Positions 62,803 through 64,000 of a DNA stretch of 64,000 nucleotides are shown here, one piece after another (the first letter of the stretch is position 1; every line of letters starts with the position of its first letter). The DNA lies in assembly GCA_000320545.1 (NCBI GenBank), contig ADNK01000431.1, forward strand, positions 11,426 to 75,425, written 5' to 3'. This DNA is from Bigelowiella natans CCMP2755. Its lineage: Eukaryota > Protista > Cercozoa. The notes below the pieces were generated by a model. The model worked only from the letters and a program-made list of their open reading frames with translations, was not told the origin of the DNA and searched no databases. A program made the translations under genes and the position numbers.

Positions 62803-63698
62803 CCTTTGGTCTCCAAATCTGTACGTACAAACGTTTCAGATGAATTAGAGCTCCGTTTTTTGAAGCATTCATGTCGCCGGCTAGATTCACTCCCACGGCC
62901 ATCCTGGCCCACTTATCTGCTCACTTCAATGCATGCTATAGTACTAAATTCATATATGTTGAATTTCTTGTTGACCTCAAGACTCAGACCAAGATAACGG
63001 GTGATACGGCCACGAGGGGGGAAACACCCAGAGCACAAACGCTAAGATATAGCTGTATTAATTCTCCATAAAACTGTGGAAATTCCTTTTCATTTTACAT
63101 ATAAATCATGTAAGAAGGAGTTATTTCTCAATAATATCCAAGGCGATCAATCTTAACCGAGAGGTCGTTACTCCTTCTGGAGGTTTTTTTTCGTTACCTG
63201 ACCCTAGCCTCAATAAATCGGGATATCGATCACCGCTAAATAATAATAGTGCGACAATCTTTTGTGTCTACCGTAGCATATAATCATACAGTTTAACTAT
63301 TGAATTACCTTTAGTGCCGGCATTCGGCTGGTTATAATATCTCTAGCCAATCTCGACAAATCCAATGAACCTCGAGGAATATTCTCGGAATACAATAACC
63401 ATGAAGGATTCTAGGGGATTACCCTTCGGCGACGAAGCATTTTACAAGAAGACTCGCTTCCTTTGGCGTAGATGACGCCACAGGCTCCATAAACAGTGTT
63501 TCTGGGTTGCCGATCTTTGGGGAATCTCTTCGCTGGACTCCAAAAGGTATGTCGTTGAGATAAATTATGTTGCATTTTATTTTAATAGAAATTCTATTGG
63601 ATCATGTTAATTTCTTAAACACCAAGGGCTTCCTCTCAAATCCACAACCCAAGCAAGAAGGAAAGAAGTAGTCCTCTTCTCCTCCATTGGCCAACACC

Positions 63699-63909
63699 AT
63701 GCAGGACCAAACGCTTACACTCGAGGAGCGCTATCGTGCCGTTGCAGAAGAAAATCGGAGGAAGATGAACGACACAATTCGCATGGCAAACCGTTGCGAC
63801 GAGCTTGGAGCTGAGGTAATTAGCAAATAAAAAAAGAATGATCATCAAATTATATTGGCAAGAGTGTCATACATACGTCGGTTTGCAAGAATCGTGGTAT
63901 AAATGTGTA

Positions 63910-63992
<83 letters not shown>

Positions 63993-64000
63993 GTAAGAAG
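63699..64000 (+). CDS. First exon of a probable t-SNARE (SNAP25/Qb-like); runs off the window edge
   Basis: MQDQTLTLEERYRAVAEENRRKMNDTIRMANRCDELGAE followed by a gtaatt donor at 63816 and a microsatellite intron; resembles the start of a SNARE motif. Confidence 0.45.

Larger units (their letters stand above)
1..64000. repeat. Pervasive intronic microsatellites: (AT)n, (CA)n, (CT)n, (CAT)n, (TAC)n, (GAA)n, (GAG)n
   Basis: Dozens of tracts of roughly 25-60 bp, e.g. 4350-4389, 12690-12740, 33517-33590; almost all intronic and absent from the LINE. Confidence 0.95.

Noticed and set aside
1-64000. tRNA or rRNA genes; specific taxon assignment
   Set aside because: No cloverleaf or rRNA signature recognised by eye. 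A chlorarachniophyte-like alga is plausible but not supportable without a search.

Overview
Gene-dense eukaryotic nuclear DNA, with short GT-AG introns filled with microsatellites. The gene content (GLDH, CASTOR/POLLUX channel, flagellar DNAI3 and CFAP44) suggests a flagellated, probably algal protist; the taxon cannot be fixed from sequence alone. I spliced about 15 protein genes by hand: GLDH(-), hypothetical type II membrane protein(+), SnoaL/NTF2-like(-), CASTOR/POLLUX(+), SKICH-MYND protein(+), DNAI3/WDR63(-), CAP-motif/coactosin(+), STK19(-), hypothetical(+), PhnP-like MBL hydrolase(-), hypothetical(+), Aven-like(-), CWF19L2(+), CFAP44(-) and a partial SNARE(+). Strands alternate almost perfectly. 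An intact ~5 kb LINE is nested in a 188-bp element with hairpin direct repeats, and a 53-bp truncated copy of the same LINE lies at 23.9 kb. The most striking signal is that zones ~0.4-1.5 kb downstream of gene 3' ends have almost no TpA except in CTAG. Paired repeat copies show TA versus TG/CA differences, and the LINE ends facing these zones carry the same imprint, including a ~230-aa tyrosine-free stretch of ORF2. Exon boundaries and homology calls are by eye and from memory of the families, not from database searches.
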